Notes: generated from the sequence alone by a model not told the origin. Numbered from the stretch's first letter, positions 1 to 9,815 are shown. The stretch: 64,000 nt of DNA from Roseobacter sp. (GCA_024636495.1 JAGXGZ010000028.1:30750-94749), one strand, 5' to 3'. Numbers and translations are program-made.

Positions 1-1990
1 AACGACACGGTTGATGCAGGCCTAGGCAACGACAGCGTTGTGGCAGGCGACGGCAACGACAGTGTTGACGGCGGCGCAGGCAATGACACGATTGATGGTG
101 GCGACGGGTCCGACACGCTGAAAGGCGGCTTGGGCAACGACTCTCTGGTCGGTGGCCAGGGCGATGACGACTTTATCGTCGGCTCGGGCGACACGGTAAG
201 CGGCGGAAGCGGTGATGACGAGTTCATCCTGGATCCGACCAACACCGACGGTCCGGGGTTCATCACCATCGACGGCGGCACGGACGGAACGAATGGGTTC
301 CCGGACGATCTGGCCAATGGCGATGACGGTGATACGCTCGACTTTACCGGCCTGAACAACGTGACCATCGTTTCGCCACTTGTGGATGACGGCACGGGTT
401 CGTTCACCGGTGTGGTCAGCTATACCAATGTCGAAGGCGAAACGGTCATCGTCAGCTTCACCGAGATCGAGAAGGTTCTTGGCTTGCCAAATGCACCGGA
501 CGGTGTGGTGGACGGCGAAGTAACCGGCGAGGTTATGGATGTTGGCTATAACGATGCCAACGGACCGACCGACGGCGGTGGCGACCTGATCACCGATGGG
601 GCGGACAGCATTCGCGGCAACGCAGGCAACGATTCGATCACGGCGGGTGCCGGGAACGACACGGTTGATGCGGGTGCGGATAATGACACGGTCAACGCCG
701 GGCTTGGGGACGACAGCGTTCTTGGCGGTCTGGGCGATGACAGCCTGCTGGGCAACGAAGGCAACGACACGCTGGCCGGTAACGAAGGCAACGACACGAT
801 TGATGGCGGGATCGGCAACGACTCCATCGACGGTGGTGTGGGCAACGACAGCCTGAACGGCGGCGATGGAAATGACACTATCGATGGCGGTGCTGACAAT
901 GACACTATCAACGGTGGTCTAGGCAACGACAGCGTCTTTGGTGGTCTTGGCGACGACTCCCTCTCGGGCAATGCGGGTGACGACACATTGTCGGGTGACG
1001 CAGGCAACGACACGATCAGAGGCGGGATCGGCAACGACATCATCGACGGCGGTGTAGGTGACGATAGCTTGCTGGGCGGTGACGGAAACGACAGCATCCT
1101 TGGCGGTGACGGCAACGATACCGTGAACGGTGGTGACGGCAACGACACGGTTGATGGTGGTATCGGCGACGATGTCATCGACACCTCTGGTCCTGTCAAT
1201 GTGGGGGCCGGGATCGGCGTCCCTGACGCTGGCTATCCGGGTGTGTTTCCAGTCGACGCAAATCCTAACAACGACCGGGATAGCGTGTCTGGCGGCGATG
1301 GTAACGACAGCATCACCACAGGTGATGATGACGATACGATCGACGGCGGTGCAGGCAATGACACGATCAATGCGGGTATCGACGACGATCTCGTGACTGG
1401 TGGGATTGGCGACGACTCGATTATCGGTAGCGAAGGCAGCGACACCATTGATGCCGGTGATGGCAACGATACTGTCTATGGCGGCAATGATCCTGCCTTG
1501 GTTGTTGATATCTTCAACCTGGAAGACGACGGAACCAACCCGCTTGGACCTGACCTTGATCCAAACAATGGTCGAGATTCAATTCTTGGTGGCACCGGTA
1601 ACGACGTTCTTTACGGTCAAGACGATGATGATACGATCTCTGGTGGCGACGATGACGACTTCATCGACGGTGGCATTGACGACGACCTTCTGTTTGGTGA
1701 TGCGGGCAATGACACCGTTCTTGGTGGTCAGGGTAACGACACCATTGACGGTGGTTCGGGCAATGACGAGCTCGACGGTGGCATCGGTAACGACAGCATC
1801 GACGGTGGCATAGGCAACGACACGATCCGTGGTGGTTCTGGCAACGACGTTATTAACGGCGGTGACGGCAACGACGAAATCCGCGGTGGTGAAGGTGTTG
1901 ACACGCTTAGCGGTGGCGACGGGGGTGATTTGTTCATCGACGTTACCGATGGCGACATCATCGACGGTGGCAGCGGTGACCCTGCAACTG
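1..1990 (+). repeat. Coding tandem GGxGxD repeats (ggcggc...ggcaacgac) within the RTX gene
   Basis: Recurring GGCAACGAC at multiples of 9-10 codons, interrupted by non-repeat modules. Confidence 0.9.
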
Positions 1991-2775
1991 ACTTTGACGT
2001 CCTCAATCTGACGGGTCTGCTGCAACCAGGTGGAACCTTTGTCATCGAGAATGCAGTGCCTGACACCGATCCTCTGGATGGTGTCGACGACGGCAGCCCG
2101 AACGATGGCCAAGACGGTACGGTCGTTATCCGGGATGCAGGCGGTGTCGTAACTGCACGGATCGACTTTACCAACATCGAAAGCATCGTTCCTTGCTTTA
2201 CGCCGGGTACGTTGATCGCAACGGCAAAGGGTCAGATCCGCGTAGAGGACCTGAAACCGGGGGATCGGGTTATCACCCGAGACAACGGTATGCAGGAAAT
2301 CGCATGGGTTGGTCAAAAGCACCTGACGCAAAAGGACTTTATCGCCAAACCAGAACTGAAGCCGGTTCTGATCAAGGCAGGGTCTTTGGGTGAAAACATG
2401 CCAGAGCGTGACATGATGGTATCTCCGAACCATCGGATGTTGATCGCAGACAAGGGCGCGTCGATGTACTTTGACGAACCCGAAGTATTGGCGGCGGCCA
2501 AGCACTTTGTCGGCAAGGAAGGGATCTGTCACGTTGATGTTTCCCAGACGAGCTACATCCACTTCATGTTCGAGCGGCACGAGGTTGTGCTGTCTGACGG
2601 AACGTGGACGGAAAGCTTCTATCCGGGCGATTACACGATCGACGGGCTTGGCGAAGAGCAACGTGCTGAAATCCTGTCGCTCTTCCCAGAGCTGGAATCC
2701 GAGACCGGTCTTACCGGATACCGGACGGCCCGCGCGATCTTGAAGAAGTACGAAGCAAAACTTCTTCTGGGCTAA
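1..2775 (+). CDS. RTX-like (hemolysin-type Ca2+-binding repeat) protein with C-terminal Hint (bacterial intein-like) domain; 5' end lies outside the window
   Basis: Frame 1 is open from base 1. Many GGxGNDx[L/I] nonapeptide repeats. The C-terminus begins IVP-CFTPGTLIAT and contains HFMFERHEVVLSDGTWTESF, typical of Rhodobacteraceae Hint domains. Confidence 0.92.
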   Translation, partial: NDTVDAGLGNDSVVAGDGNDSVDGGAGNDTIDGGDGSDTLKGGLGNDSLVGGQGDDDFIVGSGDTVSGGSGDDEFILDPTNTDGPGFITIDGGTDGTNGFPDDLANGDDGDTLDFTGLNNVTIVSPLVDDGTGSFTGVVSYTNVEGETVIVSFTEIEKVLGLPNAPDGVVDGEVTGEVMDVGYNDANGPTDGGGDLITDGADSIRGNAGNDSITAGAGNDTVDAGADNDTVNAGLGDDSVLGGLGDDSLLGNEGNDTLAGNEGNDTIDGGIGNDSIDGGVGNDSLNGGDGNDTIDGGADNDTINGGLGNDSVFGGLGDDSLSGNAGDDTLSGDAGNDTIRGGIGNDIIDGGVGDDSLLGGDGNDSILGGDGNDTVNGGDGNDTVDGGIGDDVIDTSGPVNVGAGIGVPDAGYPGVFPVDANPNNDRDSVSGGDGNDSITTGDDDDTIDGGAGNDTINAGIDDDLVTGGIGDDSIIGSEGSDTIDAGDGNDTVYGGNDPALVVDIFNLEDDGTNPLGPDLDPNNGRDSILGGTGNDVLYGQDDDDTISGGDDDDFIDGGIDDDLLFGDAGNDTVLGGQGNDTIDGGSGNDELDGGIGNDSIDGGIGNDTIRGGSGNDVINGGDGNDEIRGGEGVDTLSGGDGGDLFIDVTDGDIIDGGSGDPATDFDVLNLTGLLQPGGTFVIENAVPDTDPLDGVDDGSPNDGQDGTVVIRDAGGVVTARIDFTNIESIVPCFTPGTLIATAKGQIRVEDLKPGDRVITRDNGMQEIAWVGQKHLTQKDFIAKPELKPVLIKAGSLGENMPERDMMVSPNHRMLIADKGASMYFDEPEVLAAAKHFVGKEGICHVDVSQTSYIHFMFERHEVVLSDGTWTESFYPGDYTIDGLGEEQRAEILSLFPELESETGLTGYRTARAILKKYEAKLLLG

Positions 2776-2786
2776 CACGAAATCTT

Positions 2787-2810
2787 GAGCCCTCTTGCAA
2801 AAGAGGGCTC
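2787..2810 (+). terminator. Perfect hairpin just after the Hint gene stop
   Basis: GAGCCCTCTT-GCAA-AAGAGGGCTC (10-bp stem, GNRA loop), 11 nt after TAA; the U-tract is weak. Confidence 0.6.
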
Positions 2811-2928
2811 TTGTGTAGCTACCTGAAAGATCGTGGAGGCATCGGTGGGGTGCCGCACCGGACATTTTGTCCGGCAAGACTGATCATTCTAAATCAAATG
2901 ACCACTCATTCGAATGTATGGTGTTTAT

Positions 2929-2962
2929 TGGGGCGCAGTTTGCAGAACTGCGCCCCATTTTC
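2929..2962 (+). terminator. Intrinsic terminator-like hairpin
   Basis: TGGGGCGCAGTT-TGCAG-AACTGCGCCCCA followed by TTTT. Confidence 0.65.
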
Positions 2963-3054
2963 TTGGGGCTCAGGGTTTAGCGTAACTCGCGGGGGATGAA
3001 ATCGCGGTGTGCATCAAACTGGGCGAAAGCCGCTTTTGTTATCCGTATATCGGC

Positions 3055-3702
3055 TTACCCGTTAAAGTTGGCCATCAATTGGTGGAACTTTTCGCCCTGA
3101 ACGGCCACGTGGCAACGTAGGACCTTGGCTGCTTGTTCGGCATCTTCCGCCTGAAGCGCCTCTACAATTTCGCGGTGTTCGGTCATGGATTGCACCATGC
3201 GCCCCCGAAACCGCAGCTGCATTTTGCGGTAAGCCCTGAGTTTGCTTTGCAAGCGCAGCGCTTGTTTTTCAAGATAGCCATTGGCCGTTCCGTGATAGAT
3301 GATCTGGTGGAATTTTTCGTTCTCGGCATAGTATTGCGCGTGATCGTTTGCCTCGATCGCCTTTTGGCAGCGGTCATTCGCTGCGATGAGTTGCTGTAAC
3401 CCTTCCTCTGAAATCCGGGTTGCGGCCAGCCTGCCGCAAGCGGCTTCCAGTTCTGCCATCATCTCGAACATTTCCATCAGTTGGACGGGGCCCGGCTGGC
3501 GCACAAAAACGCCCCGCCGTGGGATTTGTTCTGCAATCCCACCTGCGACAAGCACTTGTAATGCCTCACGAATAGGAGTCCGAGAAACGCTGAACTGTTC
3601 GGCAAGTTTGACTTCGTCCAGCCGCTCTCCATCGCGAAATGTTCCTGAAAATACAAGCTGTTCAAGCGTTTCGGCGATCTTGTCTGCGCGTCTGATGTCC
3701 AT
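3055..3702 (-). CDS. matR: GntR (FadR/FCD) family regulator of the malonate operon
   Basis: HTH SVSRTPIREAL plus an FCD-type C-terminus; divergent from the malonate genes. Start placed at MDIRR, which has AGGTGA upstream. Confidence 0.85.
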   Translation of the reverse strand: MDIRRADKIAETLEQLVFSGTFRDGERLDEVKLAEQFSVSRTPIREALQVLVAGGIAEQIPRRGVFVRQPGPVQLMEMFEMMAELEAACGRLAATRISEEGLQQLIAANDRCQKAIEANDHAQYYAENEKFHQIIYHGTANGYLEKQALRLQSKLRAYRKMQLRFRGRMVQSMTEHREIVEALQAEDAEQAAKVLRCHVAVQGEKFHQLMANFNG

Positions 3703-3749
3703 AGCGATCACCTAGCACCATCTCTATTATAAATGCAATATAGATCATA

Positions 3750-3762
3750 TTGTATACAAGAT
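3750..3762. promoter_or_regulatory. Palindromic GntR/MatR operator TTGTATACAA(GAT)
   Basis: Perfect palindrome TTGTATACAA at 3750-3759 in the divergent promoter. The reverse strand reads TCTTGTATACAA, like the rhizobial MatR site as I recall it. Confidence 0.75.
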
Positions 3763-3845
3763 GTTTGACTTGGAATGCAGAACGTGGAATTCATAGTGGC
3801 GTAGAACCGGGGCTTTTGACTCTGGTCACATTCTGGGAGGAATAT

Positions 3846-4832
3846 ATGAAGATGACTGCACTCAAGGCGGCGGTGACGCTGGCCTGTTTTACGCTTGGGT
3901 CTGCCGCACAGGCTGAAACTTTGCGACTGTCCCATCAATGGTCTGCAACTGACGTGCGCAACAAGGTTGCACAGATCGTTGCTGACGGCGTGGCCGAGGC
4001 GGGTGTCGATCTGGATATCCAGATTTTCGGCTCGCAATCCTTGTTCAAGGCGCGCGAACAGTATCGCCCGCTAAGCCGGGGCCAACTCGACATGACGGTT
4101 CTGCCGCTCAGCTATGCAGGTGGACAGCAGCCTGCGTTTAACCTTACGTTGATGCCCGGTCTGGTGAAAAACCACGATCACGCCGCACGCCTCAGCGCCT
4201 CGCCATTCATGGCCGCGCTTGAAGAAAAAATGGCCGATGATGATGTCATGGTTCTGGTGCATGGCTATCTGGCGGGCGGTTTCGTTGGCAAAGACAAGTG
4301 CATCACCAAGCCCGAAGATGTGGCTGGTCTGCAAATCCGCGCGGCGGGCAAGTCGTTTGAACAAATGCTGGCCGGTGCCGGTGCGTCCATCGCATCGATG
4401 GCATCTTCCGAGCTTTATAACGGCATGCAGACGGGCGTTTTGACGGCGGCAAATACGTCGTCCTCGTCTTTCGTCTCCTACCGGATTTACGAGCAGGTTT
4501 CGTGCTATACCCCTGCGGGCGATGTGGCGTTGTGGTTTATGTATCAGCCTTTGCTGATGAACAAAGCCAAGTTTGAATCGCTGACCGACGACCAGCAAGC
4601 AGCCCTTCTGGCCGCATCCGAGAAGGCGCAGGCATTCTATCTGGAAGAAGCCAAGAAAGAAGATGCAGTTTCTGAGCAGATCTTCCGGGATGCAGGCGTA
4701 GAAATCGCGCAAATGACCCAGGCGGATTTTGACGCATGGCGCGCGCTTGCGCAGGAAACATCCTACAAAGCCTTCATCGAAGAAGTCCCTGATGGGCAGG
4801 CTCTTTTGGACATGGCCTTCGCGGTCGAGTGA
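3846..4832 (+). CDS. matP: TRAP transporter solute-binding protein (DctP family), probably malonate
   Basis: GGGAGG RBS before MKMTAL, signal peptide, DVAGLQIRAAG and ELYNGMQTGV motifs. Confidence 0.9.
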   Translation: MKMTALKAAVTLACFTLGSAAQAETLRLSHQWSATDVRNKVAQIVADGVAEAGVDLDIQIFGSQSLFKAREQYRPLSRGQLDMTVLPLSYAGGQQPAFNLTLMPGLVKNHDHAARLSASPFMAALEEKMADDDVMVLVHGYLAGGFVGKDKCITKPEDVAGLQIRAAGKSFEQMLAGAGASIASMASSELYNGMQTGVLTAANTSSSSFVSYRIYEQVSCYTPAGDVALWFMYQPLLMNKAKFESLTDDQQAALLAASEKAQAFYLEEAKKEDAVSEQIFRDAGVEIAQMTQADFDAWRALAQETSYKAFIEEVPDGQALLDMAFAVE

Positions 4833-4840
4833 CCAAAACG

Positions 4841-4866
4841 AAAGGGGCGTTCGCGCCCCTTTTTTT
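4841..4866 (+). terminator. Intra-operon hairpin with U-tract after the binding-protein gene
   Basis: AAAGGGGCG-TTCG-CGCCCCTTT followed by TTTT; a common way to raise binding-protein levels over permease levels. Confidence 0.7.
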
Positions 4867-4898
4867 AACCACCTCCCCACACCTCAAGGAGACCTCAC

Positions 4899-5447
4899 AT
4901 GGCTGGCCAAACCGCCGCTGTCGTATCCCGCACGGGCGACAATCCCTTTCTCAAGACTGTCGCGGCCTTATCCACTGTGGCGGGGTGGTTTTCGGCTGCG
5001 ATGATCGTCGCGGCTGTGCTGATCACCTGTCAGATGATCTTTATCCGCTTTGTGCTGAACGGATCTACGATCTGGCAAACCGAGGCGGTTATTTACCTTG
5101 CCATCAGCTCGACCCTAGTTGGGCTGCCTTATGTGCAACGGCTGCGAGGTCATGTGAATGTGGATTTGGTGCCGCTAACTATGGGACCACGGCTGCGCTA
5201 TAACATGGCGATTTTCACGCTGAGCCTGTCCAGCGCCATGGTTGCGATCATGCTATGGTACGGCTTTGAATTCTGGCACTTGGCTTGGGAGCGTAACTGG
5301 AAATCCGACACCGTCTGGGGTGTGCGCCTGTGGATTCCTTACGCGTCGCTGCCCATCGGTTTTGCACTGTTTTTGCTGCAACTGATTGCGGATTTGGTCG
5401 CTGTCGTTTTGAAAATTGATAAGCCCTTTGGGCTGGAGGACGCGTAA
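4899..5447 (+). CDS. matQ: TRAP small permease (DctQ)
   Basis: Four hydrophobic segments, GHVNVDL motif, position in the operon. Confidence 0.9.
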   Translation: MAGQTAAVVSRTGDNPFLKTVAALSTVAGWFSAAMIVAAVLITCQMIFIRFVLNGSTIWQTEAVIYLAISSTLVGLPYVQRLRGHVNVDLVPLTMGPRLRYNMAIFTLSLSSAMVAIMLWYGFEFWHLAWERNWKSDTVWGVRLWIPYASLPIGFALFLLQLIADLVAVVLKIDKPFGLEDA

Positions 5448-6763
5448 TGGATCCGCTTACCCTTGGCGCGTTTGTCGCCTTTTCTACCATCATTGTTTTG
5501 TTTTCCGGCGTGTCTGTGGCACTTGGCTTGCTGATCGTGTCGACCGGGTTTCTGATGATCTTCGATGGGATGCGGTCGCTTGAATTGCTGCCCGAAATTC
5601 TGTTTGGCAAACTGGATAACTTTGCCCTGCTGTCGATCCCGATGTTCATCATCATGGGGTCTTCGATTGCGTCCACCCGCGCAGGTGCCGACCTGTACGA
5701 AGCGCTCGAGCGTTGGTTGACGCGCGTGCCCGGCGGGCTTGTGATCTCGAACCTTGGGGCCTGCGCGCTGTTCGCAGCGATGTCTGGGTCCAGCCCCGCC
5801 ACCTGTGCCGCCATCGGCAAGATGGGCATCCCCGAGATGCGCAAACGCGGCTATCCTGATGGCGTCGCGGCGGGGTCGATTGCTGCGGGTGGCACGCTGG
5901 GCATTCTTATCCCCCCATCGGTCACAATGATCGTTTATGGCATCGCAACTGAGACCTCGATTGGCCGTCTGTTCCTGGCAGGCGTGATCCCCGGATTGCT
6001 GCTGGTGGCGCTGTTCATGGCCTGGTCGCTTTATTCCACCTGGAAATCGGGTAACCGCGAGCTTTTGACATCGGGCAACTACACGTGGAAGGAAAAATTC
6101 GAAATCCTGCCTCGCGTGATCCCCTTCCTGCTGATCATTCTCGGCGTGCTTTATGCGATGTATGGCGGCGTTGCGACACCGTCTGAAACCGCTGCCGTGG
6201 GGGCCTTGCTGTGCCTGCTGATCGCAATGATTATTTACAAACTGTGGAACCCCAAGGACCTGTGGGTCGTGCTGCGCGACAGCACCAAGGAAAGCGTGAT
6301 GATCCTGTTCATCATCGCCGCGGCTGGCGTTTTTTCCTACATGCTTTCAAGCCTTTACATCACACAGTCCATTGCGAACTGGATCGGCACGCTGGATGTG
6401 AACCCATGGGTGTTGATGGGGTTCGTCAACGTGTTCCTGTTGGTTGCGGGGTTCTTTTTGCCCCCCGTTGCGGTGATCTTGATGGCGGCACCGATCTTGC
6501 TGCCAATCATCACCACCGCCGGTTTTGATCCTATCTGGTTTGCGGTGATCCTGACGATCAACATGGAAATCGGGCTGATCTCGCCCCCTGTGGGCCTGAA
6601 TCTTTATGTGATCAACGGCATCGCGCCGGATATTTCGTTGAAAACCATCCTGATGGGGTCGCTGCCCTTTGTGGCTTGTATGGTGTTGGCAATTATCCTG
6701 CTTTGCTTCTTTCCGGGCCTCGCCACATGGCTGCCGGACGCAGTCATGGGGCCGGCAAGATGA
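5447..6763 (+). CDS. matM: TRAP large permease (DctM)
   Basis: AMSGSSPAT, GGTLGILIPPS and GLISPPVGLNL motifs; start overlaps the upstream stop (TAATG). Confidence 0.93.
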   Translation: MDPLTLGAFVAFSTIIVLFSGVSVALGLLIVSTGFLMIFDGMRSLELLPEILFGKLDNFALLSIPMFIIMGSSIASTRAGADLYEALERWLTRVPGGLVISNLGACALFAAMSGSSPATCAAIGKMGIPEMRKRGYPDGVAAGSIAAGGTLGILIPPSVTMIVYGIATETSIGRLFLAGVIPGLLLVALFMAWSLYSTWKSGNRELLTSGNYTWKEKFEILPRVIPFLLIILGVLYAMYGGVATPSETAAVGALLCLLIAMIIYKLWNPKDLWVVLRDSTKESVMILFIIAAAGVFSYMLSSLYITQSIANWIGTLDVNPWVLMGFVNVFLLVAGFFLPPVAVILMAAPILLPIITTAGFDPIWFAVILTINMEIGLISPPVGLNLYVINGIAPDISLKTILMGSLPFVACMVLAIILLCFFPGLATWLPDAVMGPAR

Positions 6764-7998
6764 GCTTTTTCGCAGGTCTTTTCGCTTCGGTTTTCGACAG
6801 ACGCTACAGAAAAGCCATCTCTTACGAGGTGGAAGGTCAAACGATCGAGGCGCTGTGCGAGAATTTGCTGGGCAACCATGGCGAGGTGTCAGGCAGTACC
6901 TTGGCAAGACTGATCCTTGACCGATTTGCCGCGATGGACAGCGATGAAAAGCTTTCGTTTTTCCAGTTCATGACCCATGGGCTTGAGATCGACGCAGACG
7001 CGGTTGTGGATACCTTGAACACCTACCGCGACGCGCCCTCGAAAAGCAGCTACCGCGCCTTTGCCGCCGCATGTGAGCCTAAGCGACAAGAGTTGACGCG
7101 CAGGCTAAATCAGGTCGAAGGAGGCACGGGGCAACTTGTCGCGATGCGCAAGGACTTGCTGAATTTGCTGCGCGATCACCCGCTGCTAGAGCCGTTGGAT
7201 GTCGATTTTCAACATCTGTTTGCATCGTGGTTCAACCGGGGCTTTCTGGTGTTGCGTCCCATCAATTGGTCCAGTCCAGCAGAGATACTGGAACAGATCA
7301 TTGCATACGAGGCCGTTCACGCCATCGACAGCTGGGATGATCTGCGCCGCAGGGTCCAGCCCAGAGATCGCCGTTGCTTTGGGTTTTTCCATCCTGCGAT
7401 GGCAGGGGAGCCGCTGATTTTTGTCGAGGTCGCCCTGACCAAGGGGATCCCGAATTCGGTGCAGGCGTTGCTGGCCGATGGCCGCGATGCGATTGACGCC
7501 GAAGACGCGGATACGGCCGTGTTCTACTCGATCTCGAACTGTCAGGCAGGGTTGGCCGGGATTTCTTTTGGCAATTCGCTGATCAAGCAAGTCGTTGCCG
7601 ATCTGTCGCGTGATCTGCCGGGATTGAAGCACTTTGTGACCCTTTCCCCAATCCCCAGCCTGAACAAGTGGTTGGAACGGTCAACTGGTGACGTTTCCCC
7701 AAATGATGCACCGCAAGCAGTGGCGGCCCACTATCTGCTAGAGGCAAAGCGCCCTGACGGGATGCCGTTTGACCCTGTTGCACGGTTTCATCTGGGCAAT
7801 GGCGCGTTGGTTCATGCGGTCCATGCGGATGCCGATTTATCCGCAAATGGGATGGCGCAGTCGAACGGCACAATGGTAAATTACCTTTATGATCTTTCGC
7901 AAATCTCAATAAATCACGAGCAATTCGTCACGGAAAAAACGGTTGTTGCATCAGCCGACGTACGTGCGCTAAGCGCCACCATTGCGTCTGAAGCATAG
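6760..7998 (+). CDS. matA: Malonyl-CoA decarboxylase
   Basis: AVFYSISNCQAGLAGISFGNSLIKQV, FVTLSPIP and DPVARFHLGNGA motifs; ATGA overlap with matM. Confidence 0.92.
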   Translation: MSFFAGLFASVFDRRYRKAISYEVEGQTIEALCENLLGNHGEVSGSTLARLILDRFAAMDSDEKLSFFQFMTHGLEIDADAVVDTLNTYRDAPSKSSYRAFAAACEPKRQELTRRLNQVEGGTGQLVAMRKDLLNLLRDHPLLEPLDVDFQHLFASWFNRGFLVLRPINWSSPAEILEQIIAYEAVHAIDSWDDLRRRVQPRDRRCFGFFHPAMAGEPLIFVEVALTKGIPNSVQALLADGRDAIDAEDADTAVFYSISNCQAGLAGISFGNSLIKQVVADLSRDLPGLKHFVTLSPIPSLNKWLERSTGDVSPNDAPQAVAAHYLLEAKRPDGMPFDPVARFHLGNGALVHAVHADADLSANGMAQSNGTMVNYLYDLSQISINHEQFVTEKTVVASADVRALSATIASEA

Positions 7999-8008
7999 GA
8001 ATCAAGAC

Positions 8009-9523
8009 ATGTCTAACCCGCTATTTGATACGCTTTTTGGAAAACATGCCGGCAAGTCACAGGTGTTCCTGCATTTGGTGGATGGTCAGACGATCAGTTA
8101 TGCTGCTTTTTTGGGTATGGCCGCGCAATATGCGGGTGCGTTGACCAAAATGGGTCTGACGCCGGGTGACCGGCTTGCCGTGCAGATTGCAAAGTCTCCG
8201 CAAGCACTAGCGGTCTATGCGGCTTGCGCCCAGGCAGGGGTGGTGTTTTTGCCGCTCAATACGGCCTATACCGCCGACGAGGTGGCGTATTTTGTAGAAA
8301 ACAGCGGGGCGCGGCTGGTCTTGTGTGATCAAAGCAGTCATGCGGCAATGGTTCCTGTGGCCGCGGCATGCGGTGCCGCACTTGCGACGATGAACGCGGA
8401 CGGGTCGGGCAGCTTTCACGATATGGCGTCAGACCTTGCCGACAGCTTTGAAACCGTTGATCGAACCGAGGATGATCTGGCGGCGTTTTTGTACACTTCG
8501 GGCACCACAGGCCGGTCCAAAGGGGCCATGCTGACCCAAGCAAACCTGCTGTCGAATGCACAAACGCTCATGGCCGAATGGCGATTTACCCAAGACGATG
8601 TTTTGCTGCATGCGCTCCCGATCTTTCACACACACGGGCTGTTTGTGGCGTCGAACATTACACTTCTTGCTGGCGGGCAGATGATATTCCTGCCCTCGTT
8701 TAATTTGGATCAGGTCATCGCGCACCTGCCAAAAGCGACGACAATGATGGGGGTGCCCACCTTTTACACACGCCTCTTGGGGGATGATCGCTTTACCAAA
8801 GACCTGGCCGCCCATATGCGCCTTTTCGTCTCTGGCAGCGCACCGCTTTTGGCCGAAACGCATGTGAAATTCGAACAGCGCACAGGGCTGCGCATCCTTG
8901 AACGCTACGGCATGACCGAAACAAATATGAACACCTCAAACCCTTATGATGGCGAACGCCGCGCGGGCACGGTCGGGTTTGCGCTGCCGGGGGTAGAGCT
9001 GAAGATCACAGACAGCCAGACCGGCGAAACATTGCCCCAAGGTGAGATTGGCGAGATCGAAGTCAGAGGGCCGAACGTTTTTAAGGGTTACTGGCAAATG
9101 CCCGAGAAAACCGCCGAAGAACTGCGCGCTGATGGCTTCTTTATCACTGGCGATTTGGGCCAGATTGATCAAGACGGCTATGTGCACATCGTTGGGCGCA
9201 ACAAGGACCTGATCATTTCGGGCGGCTATAACATCTACCCCAAAGAGATCGAATTGCTTTTGGATGCCGAGCCGAATGTACAGGAATCAGCTGTTATTGG
9301 TGTGCCGCATCCCGATTTTGGCGAGACGGTTGTGGCGATTTTGGTGCCCGATGGGGACAGCGCGCCTGATCTGGATGCAATCAAGGCCAATATTTCAAAG
9401 TCATTGGCGCGGTTCAAACATCCCCAGCGGATTATTGTGATGCCCGAGCTTCCCCGCAACACGATGGGTAAGGTGCAAAAGAAAGCGCTTCGGGATCAGT
9501 ACAAAGATCTGTTTGCGTCCTGA
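8009..9523 (+). CDS. matB: Malonyl-CoA synthetase
   Basis: YTSGTTGRSKG, ERYGMTE and PRNTMGKVQK motifs of ANL/MatB enzymes; adjacent to matA. Confidence 0.92.
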   Translation: MSNPLFDTLFGKHAGKSQVFLHLVDGQTISYAAFLGMAAQYAGALTKMGLTPGDRLAVQIAKSPQALAVYAACAQAGVVFLPLNTAYTADEVAYFVENSGARLVLCDQSSHAAMVPVAAACGAALATMNADGSGSFHDMASDLADSFETVDRTEDDLAAFLYTSGTTGRSKGAMLTQANLLSNAQTLMAEWRFTQDDVLLHALPIFHTHGLFVASNITLLAGGQMIFLPSFNLDQVIAHLPKATTMMGVPTFYTRLLGDDRFTKDLAAHMRLFVSGSAPLLAETHVKFEQRTGLRILERYGMTETNMNTSNPYDGERRAGTVGFALPGVELKITDSQTGETLPQGEIGEIEVRGPNVFKGYWQMPEKTAEELRADGFFITGDLGQIDQDGYVHIVGRNKDLIISGGYNIYPKEIELLLDAEPNVQESAVIGVPHPDFGETVVAILVPDGDSAPDLDAIKANISKSLARFKHPQRIIVMPELPRNTMGKVQKKALRDQYKDLFAS

Positions 9524-9599
9524 GGTATCTGACGGGCAATGCGTTTCATTTCGTGAAACTGCCATTGTCTTGGGCTGACCCACCGCTAGTTTTTGTTTC

Positions 9600-9815
9600 A
9601 TGACAAATACAAACGACCTTAAAGCCGAGCACGTCAGCGACATCGTTCAGATGGCGCTGTCAGATCACGTCAGTTTTGCCGATATCGAACGGGAATACGG
9701 GATCGCTGAAAAGCATGTCAAAGCGTTGATGCGCGATACTTTGAAACCGGGCAGCTACAAAGCATGGCGCAAACGCGTTCGCGATTTTTCAGACAGACGT
9801 GCGCATTACAAATAG
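9600..9815 (+). CDS. Small conserved protein, TIGR03643/DUF2805-like
   Basis: Pattern F..I....G..E..V..LMR..LK..SYK.WRKRV matches the family as I recall it. Confidence 0.7.
   Translation: MTNTNDLKAEHVSDIVQMALSDHVSFADIEREYGIAEKHVKALMRDTLKPGSYKAWRKRVRDFSDRRAHYK

Noticed and set aside
1-1990. Regular GGCAACGAC repeats that could look like a CRISPR or tandem array
   Set aside because: They are in-frame codons of RTX nonapeptides, degenerate at third positions, with no unique spacers or cas genes.
546-2877. Long antisense ORFs (546-1199, 1579-2877 and others) opposite the RTX gene
   Set aside because: Shadow frames of a repetitive GC-rich gene; Ser/Pro-rich translations with no motifs.
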